Counted from the stretch's first letter, positions 39,148 through 49,518 are shown. The stretch is DNA of 64,000 bases from Pseudomonadota bacterium (GCA_018241025.1 JAFEEQ010000009.1:8065-72064); one strand, 5' to 3'. The notes: generated by a model from the sequence alone, not told the origin. Translations and numbers: made by a program.

Positions 39148-41205
39148 ATGACCAAATGGCTCGCCGCGTTCCTTCTTCTCCTCGGCCTGACCGGCCCCGC
39201 CGCTGCGCAGGTTGATGGCGCGCCCAAAGTCCATGCCCGGCTGATCGCTGCGAAAGACGCTGTCGCCCCCGGCGGCACGCTCACGGTCGCCTTCGAACAG
39301 GTCATCCGCCCCGGCTGGCACACCTATTGGAAGAACCCCGGCGATGTCGGCCAGCCCACGACGCTCGAATGGTCTTTGCCGGCCGGCTGGAAGGCGGGTG
39401 CGCTTCAATGGCCTTACCCGATCCGCCTCCCGGTCGGGCCGTTCATGGACTACGGCTACGAAGGCAAGGTCTGGATTCTCTCGACGCTGACCGCGCCCGC
39501 CGATGCCAAGCCCGGCGATGCGATCACGCTGACCGCCAAGGCGACTTGGCTGGTGTGCAAGGAAGTTTGCATACCGGAAGAAGCGACGCTCATCCTTCCC
39601 GTCGTCATCGGCACGCCGGCGCACGACATCGACGCCGCCGGGTTCGCCGCCGCCCGCGCGCGCATGCCTGCTCCGTCGCCCTGGCCGGCGCACTATCAGG
39701 TGAGCGGCGATACGCTCGATATCGGCCTTTCCGGTCTGACGACGCTGCCCGCCGCGGCCTCCTTCTTCCCCAACGAAGCCACCGACATCGTCAACACCGC
39801 GCCGCAGACGCTCGGCAGGAATGCCGACGGGATCGTGCTGCGCACCAAATCCGACAAGGGTCTCGCCAGGCGGACGACGCTCGGCGGCGTCCTCGTTCTC
39901 ACCTCCGGCGACGGTTCGGTGCAGGCGCTCGACATCGCTGCGACGCATGGCGTCGTCGCCGCGCCGCAGATGGAAGAACCGGCAGAGCAGGGCTCGCTCC
40001 TGCTTGCGCTCGCCTTCGCCTTCCTCGGCGGCCTCATCCTCAACCTGATGCCCTGCGTGCTTCCCGTGCTCGCGATGAAAGCCTTCGCGCTCTCCTCACA
40101 GGCCGGCCGCGACCGCGCCGAAGCGGTGCGCGAGAGTTTCGCCTATGGCATCGGCGCCGTGATCAGCTTCGTCGCGCTCGGCGGCCTGTTGCTCGCTCTG
40201 CGCGCGGGCGGCGACGCCATCGGCTGGGGTTTCCAGTTGCAGGAGCCGATCGTCGTCGCCGGCTTCGCGCTGTTGATGTTCGGCGTCGGCCTCAACCTTT
40301 CCGGTGTGTTCGAAGTGGCTGGCTTCGGCGGCGGCGAAAGCCTGACGCGACGGGGCGGCGAACTCGGCTCCTTCTTCACCGGCGTGCTCGCCGTCGCCGT
40401 CGCCGCGCCCTGCACCGCGCCCTTCATGGCCGCCGCGCTCGGTTATGCGCTGACGCAGCCGGCCGTGTCCGCGCTCGCGATCTTCCTCGTCCTTGGCCTC
40501 GGCTTCGCCGCGCCCTTCGTCGCCATCGGCATCTCGCCTTGGCTGATGCGCGCGCTGCCCAAGCCCGGTGCCTGGATGATCGTGTTCAAGCAGGCGCTCG
40601 CCTTCGCGATGTACGGCACTGCCGCCTGGCTCGTTTGGGTCCTGGCGCAGCAGGCGGGCGCGGACGCCGTCGCCGCGGTCCTCGCCGCGATGGTCGCCGC
40701 CGGCTTCGGTGCCTGGGTCTGGGGCGCGACGCGCAACGCATCGCCGCGCGGCCGCGGCATCGGCGCCTTCGTCACGCTGCTTGCCATTGTCGCCGCGCTG
40801 TCCTGCCTCGCTTTCCTGAAAACTTCGGCCGCCGCGCCCGTTCCGCTGGTCAATGTCACCGGCATCCCCGAAGAACCTTATTCTGCCGCGCGCCTCGCCA
40901 GCCTCCGCGCCGAAAACCGGCCAGTCTTCGTCAACGCCACCGCCGCCTGGTGCATCACCTGCCTGGTCAACGACAAGGTCGCGCTATCCACGAACGCGGT
41001 GCGGGATGCCTTCGCCAAGAAGCACATCGCCTATCTCGTCGCCGACTGGACCCGTCGCGATTCCGCGATCACCGCGCTATTGTCCGAACACGGACGATCC
41101 GGCGTGCCGCTCTATCTCTATTACGCACCCGGCGCACGCGATCCGGCCGTGCTGCCGCAGATCCTGACCGAAGGCATCGTGCTCGACGCACTGGAGGGCA
41201 AGTGA
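39148..41205 (+). CDS. DsbD-family protein-disulfide reductase
   Basis: WHTYWKNPGD, LMPCVLP, APCTAP, WCITC. Confidence 0.93.
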   Translation: MTKWLAAFLLLLGLTGPAAAQVDGAPKVHARLIAAKDAVAPGGTLTVAFEQVIRPGWHTYWKNPGDVGQPTTLEWSLPAGWKAGALQWPYPIRLPVGPFMDYGYEGKVWILSTLTAPADAKPGDAITLTAKATWLVCKEVCIPEEATLILPVVIGTPAHDIDAAGFAAARARMPAPSPWPAHYQVSGDTLDIGLSGLTTLPAAASFFPNEATDIVNTAPQTLGRNADGIVLRTKSDKGLARRTTLGGVLVLTSGDGSVQALDIAATHGVVAAPQMEEPAEQGSLLLALAFAFLGGLILNLMPCVLPVLAMKAFALSSQAGRDRAEAVRESFAYGIGAVISFVALGGLLLALRAGGDAIGWGFQLQEPIVVAGFALLMFGVGLNLSGVFEVAGFGGGESLTRRGGELGSFFTGVLAVAVAAPCTAPFMAAALGYALTQPAVSALAIFLVLGLGFAAPFVAIGISPWLMRALPKPGAWMIVFKQALAFAMYGTAAWLVWVLAQQAGADAVAAVLAAMVAAGFGAWVWGATRNASPRGRGIGAFVTLLAIVAALSCLAFLKTSAAAPVPLVNVTGIPEEPYSAARLASLRAENRPVFVNATAAWCITCLVNDKVALSTNAVRDAFAKKHIAYLVADWTRRDSAITALLSEHGRSGVPLYLYYAPGARDPAVLPQILTEGIVLDALEGK

Positions 41206-41963
41206 CCATCCGTCTCTTCGCCCTCGACTGTGGCCGCGTCACCGGCGCGGCGAACGGTTTCCTAGAAGGCGAGAGCGGCACGCTCACCGTTCCCGTTCCC
41301 GCCTATCTGATTGTCCATCCGCAGGGCTGCGTCGTCTTCGACACCGGCCTGAACCCCGGCCTCCGCACCGACAAGGCCGCCTTGCTTGGCAAGCTCGATG
41401 CGGATTGGCAGATCGATTTCCCGCAAGGTGCGGAGATCGACGCCCAGCTCGCCCTTGCCGGCGTGAAGCCGTCCGACATCCGCTATGTCGTCAACTCGCA
41501 TTTGCATTACGACCATTGCGGCGGCAATGCCTTCTTCCCCGACGCGACGCTGATCGTCCACGCGAAAGAATGGCGCGCGGCGCATCGCCCGAACATGCAG
41601 GCCGCCGGCATCTACAATCCGCGCGACTTCGAACATATGGCGAGCGTGCGCGAACTCGAGGGTGAGTTCGACATCTTCGGCGACGGCACAATCGTCGTCT
41701 TCCCGACTCCCGGCCATACCCCCGGCCACCAATCGCTGAAAGTCGTCACCGAGGCCGGCGCCATCGTTCTCGCCGCCGATTGCTGCTACCTGAAGCGCAC
41801 GCTCGACACGCTGCACCTGCCGGCGGCTGTCTACAAGCGCGACCAGATGCTGGAGAGCCTGCATCACATCCGCGCTCTCCAGTCCGCCGGCGCGCGCATC
41901 TTTTTTGGCCACGACAGCGAATTCTGGAACGCCATCCCCAAAGCCCCGTTACCGGTGATCTGA
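41202..41963 (+). CDS. N-acyl homoserine lactonase family MBL-fold hydrolase
   Basis: SHLHYDHCGG, TPGHTPGH, LAADCCY, FGHD; GTG start overlaps the DsbD stop. Confidence 0.88.
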   Translation: MTIRLFALDCGRVTGAANGFLEGESGTLTVPVPAYLIVHPQGCVVFDTGLNPGLRTDKAALLGKLDADWQIDFPQGAEIDAQLALAGVKPSDIRYVVNSHLHYDHCGGNAFFPDATLIVHAKEWRAAHRPNMQAAGIYNPRDFEHMASVRELEGEFDIFGDGTIVVFPTPGHTPGHQSLKVVTEAGAIVLAADCCYLKRTLDTLHLPAAVYKRDQMLESLHHIRALQSAGARIFFGHDSEFWNAIPKAPLPVI

Positions 41964-41978
41964 TCGAAGGAGCATCCC

Positions 41979-42461
41979 ATGGCCGTCGAGCTCACGCCCT
42001 TCCTCTGGTACAACAGCGAAGCCGAGGAGGCGGTGCAGTTCTATTGCGGCCTCATCCCCAATTCGCGGATCGTGAATGTCACCGCGCTGCCGTCGGACTC
42101 GCCCAGCGGACCGGCCGGCTCAGTCAAGGTCGTCGAGTTCATCCTCGCCGGCCGGCCGATGCAGGCGATGTCCGCCGGCCCGTTCGATCCCTTCAACCAT
42201 GCGGTCTCCTTCATGATCGAATGCGAGACCCAGGCCGAGATCGACCGTCTGTGGCACGGCCTCCAGGCCGATGGCGGCGAGCCCGAGCAATGCGGCTGGG
42301 TGAAGGACCGCTACGGCGTCCTCTGGCAGATCGTACCCAAGTCGCTCGCCCGCATGACCCGCGATCCCGACCAGGCCAAGGCCAAGCGCGCCCTCGACGC
42401 GATGCTGAAAATGGTCAAGCTCGACATCGCAACGCTTGAGAACGCCTATAACGGCAACTGA
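41979..42461 (+). CDS. VOC/PhnB (3-demethylubiquinone-9 3-methyltransferase-like) protein
   Basis: LTPFLWY, FNHAVSF, CGWVKDRYGVLWQI. Confidence 0.9.
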   Translation: MAVELTPFLWYNSEAEEAVQFYCGLIPNSRIVNVTALPSDSPSGPAGSVKVVEFILAGRPMQAMSAGPFDPFNHAVSFMIECETQAEIDRLWHGLQADGGEPEQCGWVKDRYGVLWQIVPKSLARMTRDPDQAKAKRALDAMLKMVKLDIATLENAYNGN

Positions 42462-42463
42462 CG

Positions 42464-43180
42464 ATGTTCGAACCGCGCATCCTGCGCAAAGGACCGTTTC
42501 ATCCCGCGGCGTTCGATCTCGTCGTCACCGGCGAGCGCTGGCAGCCCGGCGCCGAATACGACGCGCTGGTCGAGACCGCATGGCAGGGCAGAATTGAGGC
42601 TGCGGCAGCCCGCGGCCATCGCCTCTGGGACGGCACGCATTACCGCTTCACCGACATCGCGCAGGCGAGCGATGGCTTGCGCATCGATCTCGGCACGGTT
42701 CCGTTCCGCTACCTCGCGACCTATCGCCTGCTGCACAAGGAGAATGCCGCGCGCGGCCTCACCCCGACGCATCACATCTCGACGGCGTCGATGCTCCGCA
42801 CCGCCGACGGCCACTACGTCTTCGGCAAGCGCGCGATCAATGGCGCGATCGACCTGATCGGCGGCGGCTTCCAGCCGGAAGACGGCGTCCCCGTCTGCTT
42901 CGAAAACAATCTCTACAAGGAGATCGCCGAAGAACTCGGCGTCGCCCGTGCCGATCTCGGCGAGCCGCAGGGCATCGGCATCGTGCGCTCGACAACGTCC
43001 AACGTCCTCGTTATCGCAAAGATTGAGACGACGCTGACCCGCGAGGGCATCCTTGCAGCCTTCGCCCACCGCGACGACGACGAAATGGCCGAGCCGGTGT
43101 TCGTGCCTGAGTCCAATATCCGCGACTACCTGCGCAGCCTCACCGATTATCGCGTGCTGATGGCGGAACTGCTAAATTGA
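42464..43180 (+). CDS. Nudix-like hypothetical protein (NUDT22-like architecture)
   Basis: Degenerate Nudix box GGGFQPED...KEIAEELGV after an N-terminal LWDG domain. Confidence 0.6.
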   Translation: MFEPRILRKGPFHPAAFDLVVTGERWQPGAEYDALVETAWQGRIEAAAARGHRLWDGTHYRFTDIAQASDGLRIDLGTVPFRYLATYRLLHKENAARGLTPTHHISTASMLRTADGHYVFGKRAINGAIDLIGGGFQPEDGVPVCFENNLYKEIAEELGVARADLGEPQGIGIVRSTTSNVLVIAKIETTLTREGILAAFAHRDDDEMAEPVFVPESNIRDYLRSLTDYRVLMAELLN

Positions 43181-43220
43181 TCCGCGCGCGAAGGCAGACC
43201 TTTGCCCAGCGCGGGAGGGG

Positions 43221-43703
43221 GTGCGTGTGATTTCCTGTTTGGCCGTTGTTGCGCTTGTCTGCCTTCACAGCGCGAACGCAATCAAGTTCAACGATTATGG
43301 GCTGGGGCAAGATGCAGTCGTAACAACCCCTTCCGGCCGGATTACAATTGTCGTCAGCACGGATAATCTCGTCACATTTGATTGGCGGCACGCAGACGGT
43401 GTCTGTAATGCGGGACTCTGTGTCGGGTACTATAAGCGCTGCAAAAAGGCGGCAGAAAGCATCTCCTGCGACTATCAATTTTCGACGCATCTCAACACGT
43501 TGGCGCGTCGCGTCATCATATCGGCGCCAAACGCCGAAGCCCTGGCCGCAGTCGAGCGCATGGTTGGCGTACTGGATGATCGCGACAGTTTTGCCGGGGA
43601 GGTTTTGCTGAGCAAACTGACCGTGGAATCGAGGTCGATCAATCCGCCGCTTTGCGGCGGGAGAACCAATCCGTGTTGGCCGGGAGACAAACCAACGTAT
43701 TGA
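43221..43703 (+). CDS. Exported Cys-rich hypothetical protein, low GC
   Basis: RBS GGAGG; signal peptide; atypical codon usage. Confidence 0.55.
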   Translation: MRVISCLAVVALVCLHSANAIKFNDYGLGQDAVVTTPSGRITIVVSTDNLVTFDWRHADGVCNAGLCVGYYKRCKKAAESISCDYQFSTHLNTLARRVIISAPNAEALAAVERMVGVLDDRDSFAGEVLLSKLTVESRSINPPLCGGRTNPCWPGDKPTY

Positions 43704-43762
43704 GGTCGGATGCCTGATCTCGATGACCACCGTACGACTGTTAGAGACGTGCTTTGAATTCT

Positions 43763-43783
43763 CCTCCCCACGATGGGGAGGTG
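43763..43783. repeat. Half-element of REP family C
   Basis: CCTCCCCACGATGGGGAGGTG, close to 29334-29355. Confidence 0.6.
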
Positions 43784-43793
43784 AGGGATTGTG

Positions 43794-44669
43794 TTACTCC
43801 GCCGCGTGGCTCCCGCCGACGTAAGTATGCGTCCCGCGTGTCACCACGTGATCCGTTGCCAGCACATCCCCCGGCCGATAGGTCGCGCCTCCCGCCAGCT
43901 TGCAATAGAGCGCCGCGAAATCCTTGTAGGTCTCGGCGAACAGCTCGTCGAACGACCGGATGACGAAATAGCTCTCCTGGAAATCGTCGATCCGGTACTC
44001 CGTCCGCATCACGCGTTCCAGGTCGAACCCGATGCGGTTGGGCGAGGGGCTCTCGACCGCGTAGATCGACTCCGTCCGGCTCGACACGATGCCGGAGCCG
44101 TAGATCCGCACTCCGCCATCGCCGCTCGCGATCAGCCCGAACTCGACCGTGTACCAATAGAGCCGCGCCAAGTTCTTCAGCGCGTGAAACTCGTTCAGGG
44201 CCCGCATCCCGCCCTTGCCATAGGCTTCCATGTAATCGGCGAAGACCGGATGGGCGAGCATCGGCACATGGCCGAAGACGTCGTGGAAGATGTCGGGCTC
44301 TTCGAGATAGTCGAGCTGGTCGGCCCGGCGGATGAAATGCCCGGCCGGAAACCGCCGATGCGCCAGATGATCGAAGAACACCTCATCCGGCACCAGCCCC
44401 GGCACGCTCACCACGCGCCAGCCGGTCAGCTTCTCCAGCCGGTCGGACAGCCGCTCCAGATGCGGAATGCCGTCGGCTTCGAGCTTCAGATCGGCCAGCC
44501 CGCTCAGATACTCGTCGCAGGCCCGCCCTGGCAGGACCTTGGCCTGACGGTCATAGAGCGTCTTCCACACCCCATGCTCGGCCGCGCCATAGGTCTCCCA
44601 GTGCTGGTCGATGGTGAAGTCGTCCCGGATCTCCGGATGGGTGAGTCGAAGTTGGTCGAGTGTCGCCAT
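43794..44669 (-). CDS. phhA: Phenylalanine-4-hydroxylase
   Basis: YLEEPDIFHDVFGHVP, RLYWYTVEFGL, IYGSGIVSS. Confidence 0.95.
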   Translation of the reverse strand: MATLDQLRLTHPEIRDDFTIDQHWETYGAAEHGVWKTLYDRQAKVLPGRACDEYLSGLADLKLEADGIPHLERLSDRLEKLTGWRVVSVPGLVPDEVFFDHLAHRRFPAGHFIRRADQLDYLEEPDIFHDVFGHVPMLAHPVFADYMEAYGKGGMRALNEFHALKNLARLYWYTVEFGLIASGDGGVRIYGSGIVSSRTESIYAVESPSPNRIGFDLERVMRTEYRIDDFQESYFVIRSFDELFAETYKDFAALYCKLAGGATYRPGDVLATDHVVTRGTHTYVGGSHAAE

Positions 44670-44873
44670 GGCCGGAACAGACACCCCGCCCCCCGGGGCT
44701 GTAAAGCCTCGCGCCGCCACGCGATTTTTATTGCGCGCCCTGCGCCGCGCTCGCACCAGTGTTGCGAGGTCCCGGCCAAAATACGCAGCCAATTGCGATG
44801 TTTAACAGGTATGGTCGCGCAACATTCGAAAAGAGTCGCCCATCCCCATATCGGAAGGGATCAGGACCCCCGC

Positions 44874-47800
44874 ATGACCGTTATGCCCATCTCGCTGGAC
44901 GACAAGTACGAGGTCGAAACCGGCCGCGTCTTCCTCACCGGCATCCAGGCCCTGGTGCGTCTGCCCTTCATGCAGCACGAGCTCGACCGCCGCGCCGGGC
45001 TGAACACGGCGGGTTTCATCTCGGGCTATCGCGGCTCGCCGCTCGGCGGCCTCGACCAGCAACTCTGGCGCGCCAGTAAGTTCCTCGACAAGCACAACAT
45101 CACCTTCAAACCGGGCCTGAACGAAGACCTCGCAGCGACGGCGGTGTGGGGCAGCCAGCAGGCCAACCTCTATCCCGGTGCGCGCTACGACGGCGTCTTC
45201 GGCATGTGGTACGGCAAGGCGCCGGGCGTCGACCGTTCGGGCGATGCGTTCCGCCACGCCAATTCGGCGGGCACGATGCCGAATGGCGGCGTGCTCGCGA
45301 TCTGCGGCGATGACCACGCCTGCAAATCCTCGACCCTGCCGAGCCAATCCGAGCTCACGATGATGGACCTGGAGATCCCGGTCCTGAACCCGTCCGGCAT
45401 CCAGGAAGTGCTCGATTTCGGCATCTATGGCTGGGCGCTGTCGCGCTACGCCGGCACCTGGGTCTCGATGATCGCGCTTGCCGAGACGATGGACGCTTCC
45501 GCCACGGTCGAGGTCCATCCCCATCGCGTCCCGATCGTCCGTCCGCTCAACTTCCCGCTGCCCAAGGACGGTCTCCACATCCGCCTCGGCGACAATCCGC
45601 AGGCCCAGGAAAAGCGCCTGCGCGACCACAAGATCCCGGCCGTCATCGCCTTCGCCCACACCAACGTGCTGAACCGCGTGGTGATGGACAGCGAGAATCC
45701 GCGGATCGGCATCGTCACCGCCGGCAAATCTTATCTTGACCTGCGTCAAGCGCTCGACGATCTCGGCATCGGCGACAGGGAAGCCGCCGCGCTGGGCCTT
45801 CGCATCCTCAAGATCGGCATGACCTGGCCGCTCGAGCCGACGCAGATCCAGCGCTTCGCCTACGGCCTCGAAGAAGTCTTCGTCATCGAAGAGAAGCGCG
45901 ACCTGATCGAATCACAGATCAAGTCGATCCTCTTCAACATGAACCCGGAGAAGCGCCCGCGCGTCTACGGCAAGCTCGGCCGCGACGGCAAGCCGTTCGT
46001 GCGCTCGATCCTCGATCTCGACGCCGGCCGCGTCGCCGAAGCGGTGGCGAAGATCGTCGGCGAAGCGAACTGGACGCCGCGCATCCGCGCCGTCGTCGCC
46101 CGCGTCGAAGCCAAGCATCGCGAGCAGGACAACATGACCGCGCTTTACGAGCGCGCACCGTTCTATTGCTCGGGCTGTCCGCACAACACCTCGACCAAGG
46201 TGCCGGAAGGCTCGGTCGGCATGGCCGGCATCGGCTGCCACTACATGGTCACCTGGCAGCCTTCGCGTCACACCGCGCTCTTCACCCAGATGGGCGGCGA
46301 GGGCACGCCATGGATAGGCGCCTCGCCCTTCACCGACATGCCGCATGTCTTCTCGAACATGGGCGACGGCACCTATTTCCACTCCGGCATCCTCGCAATC
46401 CGCGCTGCGGTCTCGGCCGGGGTGAACATCACCTACAAGCTGCTCTACAACGACGCCGTGGCGATGACCGGCGGCCAGCATGTCGATGGCGAGTTGACGG
46501 TGGCCGAAATGGCCGCGCAGGTTTCCGCCGAAGGCATCAAGCGCCTCGTCATCATGTCCGACGAGCCGGAGAAGCACTCCGCCGCCGATTTCCCGGGCGG
46601 CACGAAGATTGCCCACCGCAACGATCTCGACACCATCCAGAAGGAGCTGCGCGAGATTCCCGGTGTCACGGTGATGATCTACGACCAGACCTGCGCCGCC
46701 GAGAAGCGCCGCCGCCGCAAGCGCGGCCTGATGGTCGATCCGCCGAAGCGCGCCTTCATCAACGAACTCGTCTGCGAAGGCTGCGGCGACTGCTCCAAGG
46801 CCTCGAACTGCGTCAGCGTCGAGCCGCTCGAGACCGAATTCGGCCGCAAGCGCAAGATCAACCAGTCCTCCTGCAACAAGGACTTCTCCTGTGTCGAAGG
46901 CTTCTGCCCGAGCTTCGTCACCGTCCATGGCGGCGGCCTCAAGACCCGCGCCAAGTCGAGCGGCCCGGCAACCATGTTCGACGCACTGCCGCAGCCCGTG
47001 CTCCCCGACATCTCGAAAGAGCCGTTCAACATCGTGATCGGCGGCATCGGCGGCACCGGCGTAACCTCGATCGGCGCCATCCTTGGCACCGCTGCGCATA
47101 TGGAAGGCCACCAGGCCGCGACGCTCGACATGATGGGCCTCGCCCAGAAGGGTGGCGCCGTCACCAGCTTCGTCCGCGTCGCCGCCGACAAGGCCCGCAT
47201 CCACGGCCCGCGCGTGCCGACCGCCCAGGCCGACGTCCTCATCGGCTGCGACATCGTCATGGCGTCCAAGCCCGACACCTACGGCTATCTGAACGGCGAG
47301 CGCACCGTCTCGGTCATCAATGACGGCCTGACCCCGACCGCCGCCTTCGTCACCGACAACACCATCGACTATGACATGGCCGCGATGCGGTCGCGCATCG
47401 CGAAAGCCAGCCGCCGCCTCGAAAGCATCGACGCCGAAGAACTCGCGCTCCGACTTCTCGGCGACACCATCTTCGCCAACATGCTGCAGACCGGCTATGC
47501 CTATCAGCTCGGCGAGATCCCGATTGGCGAGGATGCGATCCTCAAGGCCATCGAGCTCAACGGCGCGGCTGTAAAGTCGAACCAGCGCGCCTTCAAGCTC
47601 GGCCGCCTCGCGGCGCATGACCGCGCCGCGATCCTGAAGCTTGCCGGTCTCGACAAATCCGACGCGCCGAAGCTCGCGGAGACTTACGAAGAGATCGTCG
47701 CCAAGCGCGTCCAATTCCTCACCGGCTATCAGAACGCGGCCTATGCCGAACGCTATCGCACAGCGGTGGACCGCATTCACTCAGCGGAGCAGGCGAAGAC

Positions 47801-48362
47801 GCCCGGCAAGCACGGCCTCGCCGAAGCCGCAGCGCGCGCCCTCTTCAAGCTCATGGCCTACAAGGACGAATACGAGGTCGCGCGGCTCTACACGAATGGC
47901 GACTTCCACAAGAAGCTGCATGAGGAGTTCGAGGGCAACTTCACGCTCTCCTTCCACCTCGCTCCGCCGATCTTCGGCGCGACCGATCCGAACACCGGCA
48001 AGCCCCGCAAGATGGAGTTCGGTCCCTGGATGATGAGCGCCTTCCGTGTGCTCGCTGCGCTGAAGGGTTTGCGCGGCACGGTCTTCGACATCTTTGCCCG
48101 CAATCCGGAGCGCAAGCTCGAAGTGAAGATGATCGCCGACTACGAAGCCACGCTGAACGAGATCGCCGCGTCGCTTACGCCCGCGAACCACGCCACCGCC
48201 GTCGCGCTTGCCCAAGTGCCGATGGACATCAAGGGCTACGGCTACATCAAGGACGGCAATTTCGAGAAGGCGAAGGCGCGCGAAGCCGCTCTCGTCAAGC
48301 GCTTGCACATCACCGATGCCGCTCCGGTGGCGCCGATGCCGGTCACGGAGGCCGCGGAATAA
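44874..48362 (+). CDS. Indolepyruvate ferredoxin oxidoreductase (fused alpha/beta type)
   Basis: SGYRGSPLGG, CSGCPHN, GDGTYFHSG, CEGCGDC, GIGGTG, LAQKGG. Confidence 0.95.
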   Translation: MTVMPISLDDKYEVETGRVFLTGIQALVRLPFMQHELDRRAGLNTAGFISGYRGSPLGGLDQQLWRASKFLDKHNITFKPGLNEDLAATAVWGSQQANLYPGARYDGVFGMWYGKAPGVDRSGDAFRHANSAGTMPNGGVLAICGDDHACKSSTLPSQSELTMMDLEIPVLNPSGIQEVLDFGIYGWALSRYAGTWVSMIALAETMDASATVEVHPHRVPIVRPLNFPLPKDGLHIRLGDNPQAQEKRLRDHKIPAVIAFAHTNVLNRVVMDSENPRIGIVTAGKSYLDLRQALDDLGIGDREAAALGLRILKIGMTWPLEPTQIQRFAYGLEEVFVIEEKRDLIESQIKSILFNMNPEKRPRVYGKLGRDGKPFVRSILDLDAGRVAEAVAKIVGEANWTPRIRAVVARVEAKHREQDNMTALYERAPFYCSGCPHNTSTKVPEGSVGMAGIGCHYMVTWQPSRHTALFTQMGGEGTPWIGASPFTDMPHVFSNMGDGTYFHSGILAIRAAVSAGVNITYKLLYNDAVAMTGGQHVDGELTVAEMAAQVSAEGIKRLVIMSDEPEKHSAADFPGGTKIAHRNDLDTIQKELREIPGVTVMIYDQTCAAEKRRRRKRGLMVDPPKRAFINELVCEGCGDCSKASNCVSVEPLETEFGRKRKINQSSCNKDFSCVEGFCPSFVTVHGGGLKTRAKSSGPATMFDALPQPVLPDISKEPFNIVIGGIGGTGVTSIGAILGTAAHMEGHQAATLDMMGLAQKGGAVTSFVRVAADKARIHGPRVPTAQADVLIGCDIVMASKPDTYGYLNGERTVSVINDGLTPTAAFVTDNTIDYDMAAMRSRIAKASRRLESIDAEELALRLLGDTIFANMLQTGYAYQLGEIPIGEDAILKAIELNGAAVKSNQRAFKLGRLAAHDRAAILKLAGLDKSDAPKLAETYEEIVAKRVQFLTGYQNAAYAERYRTAVDRIHSAEQAKTPGKHGLAEAAARALFKLMAYKDEYEVARLYTNGDFHKKLHEEFEGNFTLSFHLAPPIFGATDPNTGKPRKMEFGPWMMSAFRVLAALKGLRGTVFDIFARNPERKLEVKMIADYEATLNEIAASLTPANHATAVALAQVPMDIKGYGYIKDGNFEKAKAREAALVKRLHITDAAPVAPMPVTEAAE

Positions 48363-49426
48363 TGAACGTCTTCGACTCGCACGATTTCGATCATCACGAG
48401 GAAGTCGCCTTCTTCGACGACAAGGCGACCGGCATGCGCGCGATCATCGCGGTGCATTCCACGGCGCTCGGCCCGGCCTGCGGCGGAACCCGCATGTATC
48501 CCTACGCCACCACCGACGCGGCGCTGACGGATGTGCTCCGTCTGTCGCGCGGCATGTCCTACAAGAATGCCATCGCCGACCTGCCGCTCGGCGGCGGCAA
48601 GGCTGTATTGCTCGGCAACCCCGCGACCGACAAGTCTGAAGCGCGCTTCGCCGCCTTCGCGCGCACCGTGAACGCGCTCGGCGGCCGCTACATCACCGCG
48701 ATGGATGTCGGCGTCGTGCCTGCCGACATGCCGGTCATCGCCCGTTACACCAAGCACGTCGCCGGTTACGACCAGCCCGGCAAGGCCGGTGGCGACAGCG
48801 GCCCGGCCACCGCGCTCGGCGTCTTTGCCGGTCTGAAGTCCGCCGTTAAGCACCGCTTCGCTACCGACACGACCAAGGGCATGCGCGTCGCGATCCAGGG
48901 CCTCGGCAAGGTCGGCATGGGCGTCGCGAAGCGTCTCCACGCCGAAGGCGCCAAGCTCATCGTCGCCGATACCAACATGGCCGCCGTGAAGGAAGCCGTC
49001 GAAACCCTCGGCGCCATCGCCGCGACGCCGGACCAGATCGTCACCTGCGACTGCGATGTGCTGTCGCCCAACGCGCTCGGCGCGATCCTGAACGACCAGT
49101 CGATCCCGCGCCTCCACGCCAAGGTCGTCGCCGGCGGCGCCAACAACCAGCTCGCCCGCGACCATCACGGCGCGATGCTGCGCGACGCCAATGTGCTCTA
49201 CGCGCCGGACTATGTGATCAATGGCGGCGGCATCATCCGCGTCGCCGCCCAGATCGAGAACTGGTCCGACGCGGAAGTCGAACGCCGCGTCCTCGCCATC
49301 GCCGACACGCTGACCGCAATCTTCCAACGCGCCGACCGCGACGGCGAAGCCACGAGCGTCATCGCCGACCGCATGGCCGAAGAACGCATCGCGCGGGGAA
49401 AGACTTCGGCGAAGGCGGCGGAGTAG
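48362..49426 (+). CDS. Glu/Leu/Phe/Val dehydrogenase
   Basis: GGTRM, MSYKNA, GGGKA, QGLGKVG, GGANNQL, PDYVINGGG. Confidence 0.93.
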   Translation: MNVFDSHDFDHHEEVAFFDDKATGMRAIIAVHSTALGPACGGTRMYPYATTDAALTDVLRLSRGMSYKNAIADLPLGGGKAVLLGNPATDKSEARFAAFARTVNALGGRYITAMDVGVVPADMPVIARYTKHVAGYDQPGKAGGDSGPATALGVFAGLKSAVKHRFATDTTKGMRVAIQGLGKVGMGVAKRLHAEGAKLIVADTNMAAVKEAVETLGAIAATPDQIVTCDCDVLSPNALGAILNDQSIPRLHAKVVAGGANNQLARDHHGAMLRDANVLYAPDYVINGGGIIRVAAQIENWSDAEVERRVLAIADTLTAIFQRADRDGEATSVIADRMAEERIARGKTSAKAAE

Positions 49427-49453
49427 GGGACTCTCCTCTCCCTCAAGCACAAC

Positions 49454-49518
49454 TGTCATCCCCGGCCGAGCGGCGAAGCCGCGAGGGGTCCCCTCGCTTC
49501 GCTCGGCCGGGGATGACA
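49454..49518. repeat. REP-like palindrome, family D (GTCATCC...GGATGAC)
   Basis: Perfect 19-bp arms TGTCATCCCCGGCCGAGCG / CGCTCGGCCGGGGATGACA. Confidence 0.85.

Noticed and set aside
39327-41201. 878-aa ORF as an extended lactonase
   Set aside because: The upstream part is an alternate frame of dsbD; the lactonase starts at GTG 41202.
43791-44873. 1523-aa ORF as a giant IOR fusion
   Set aside because: The N-terminal ~360 codons are antisense to phhA and its promoter; the real start is 44874.
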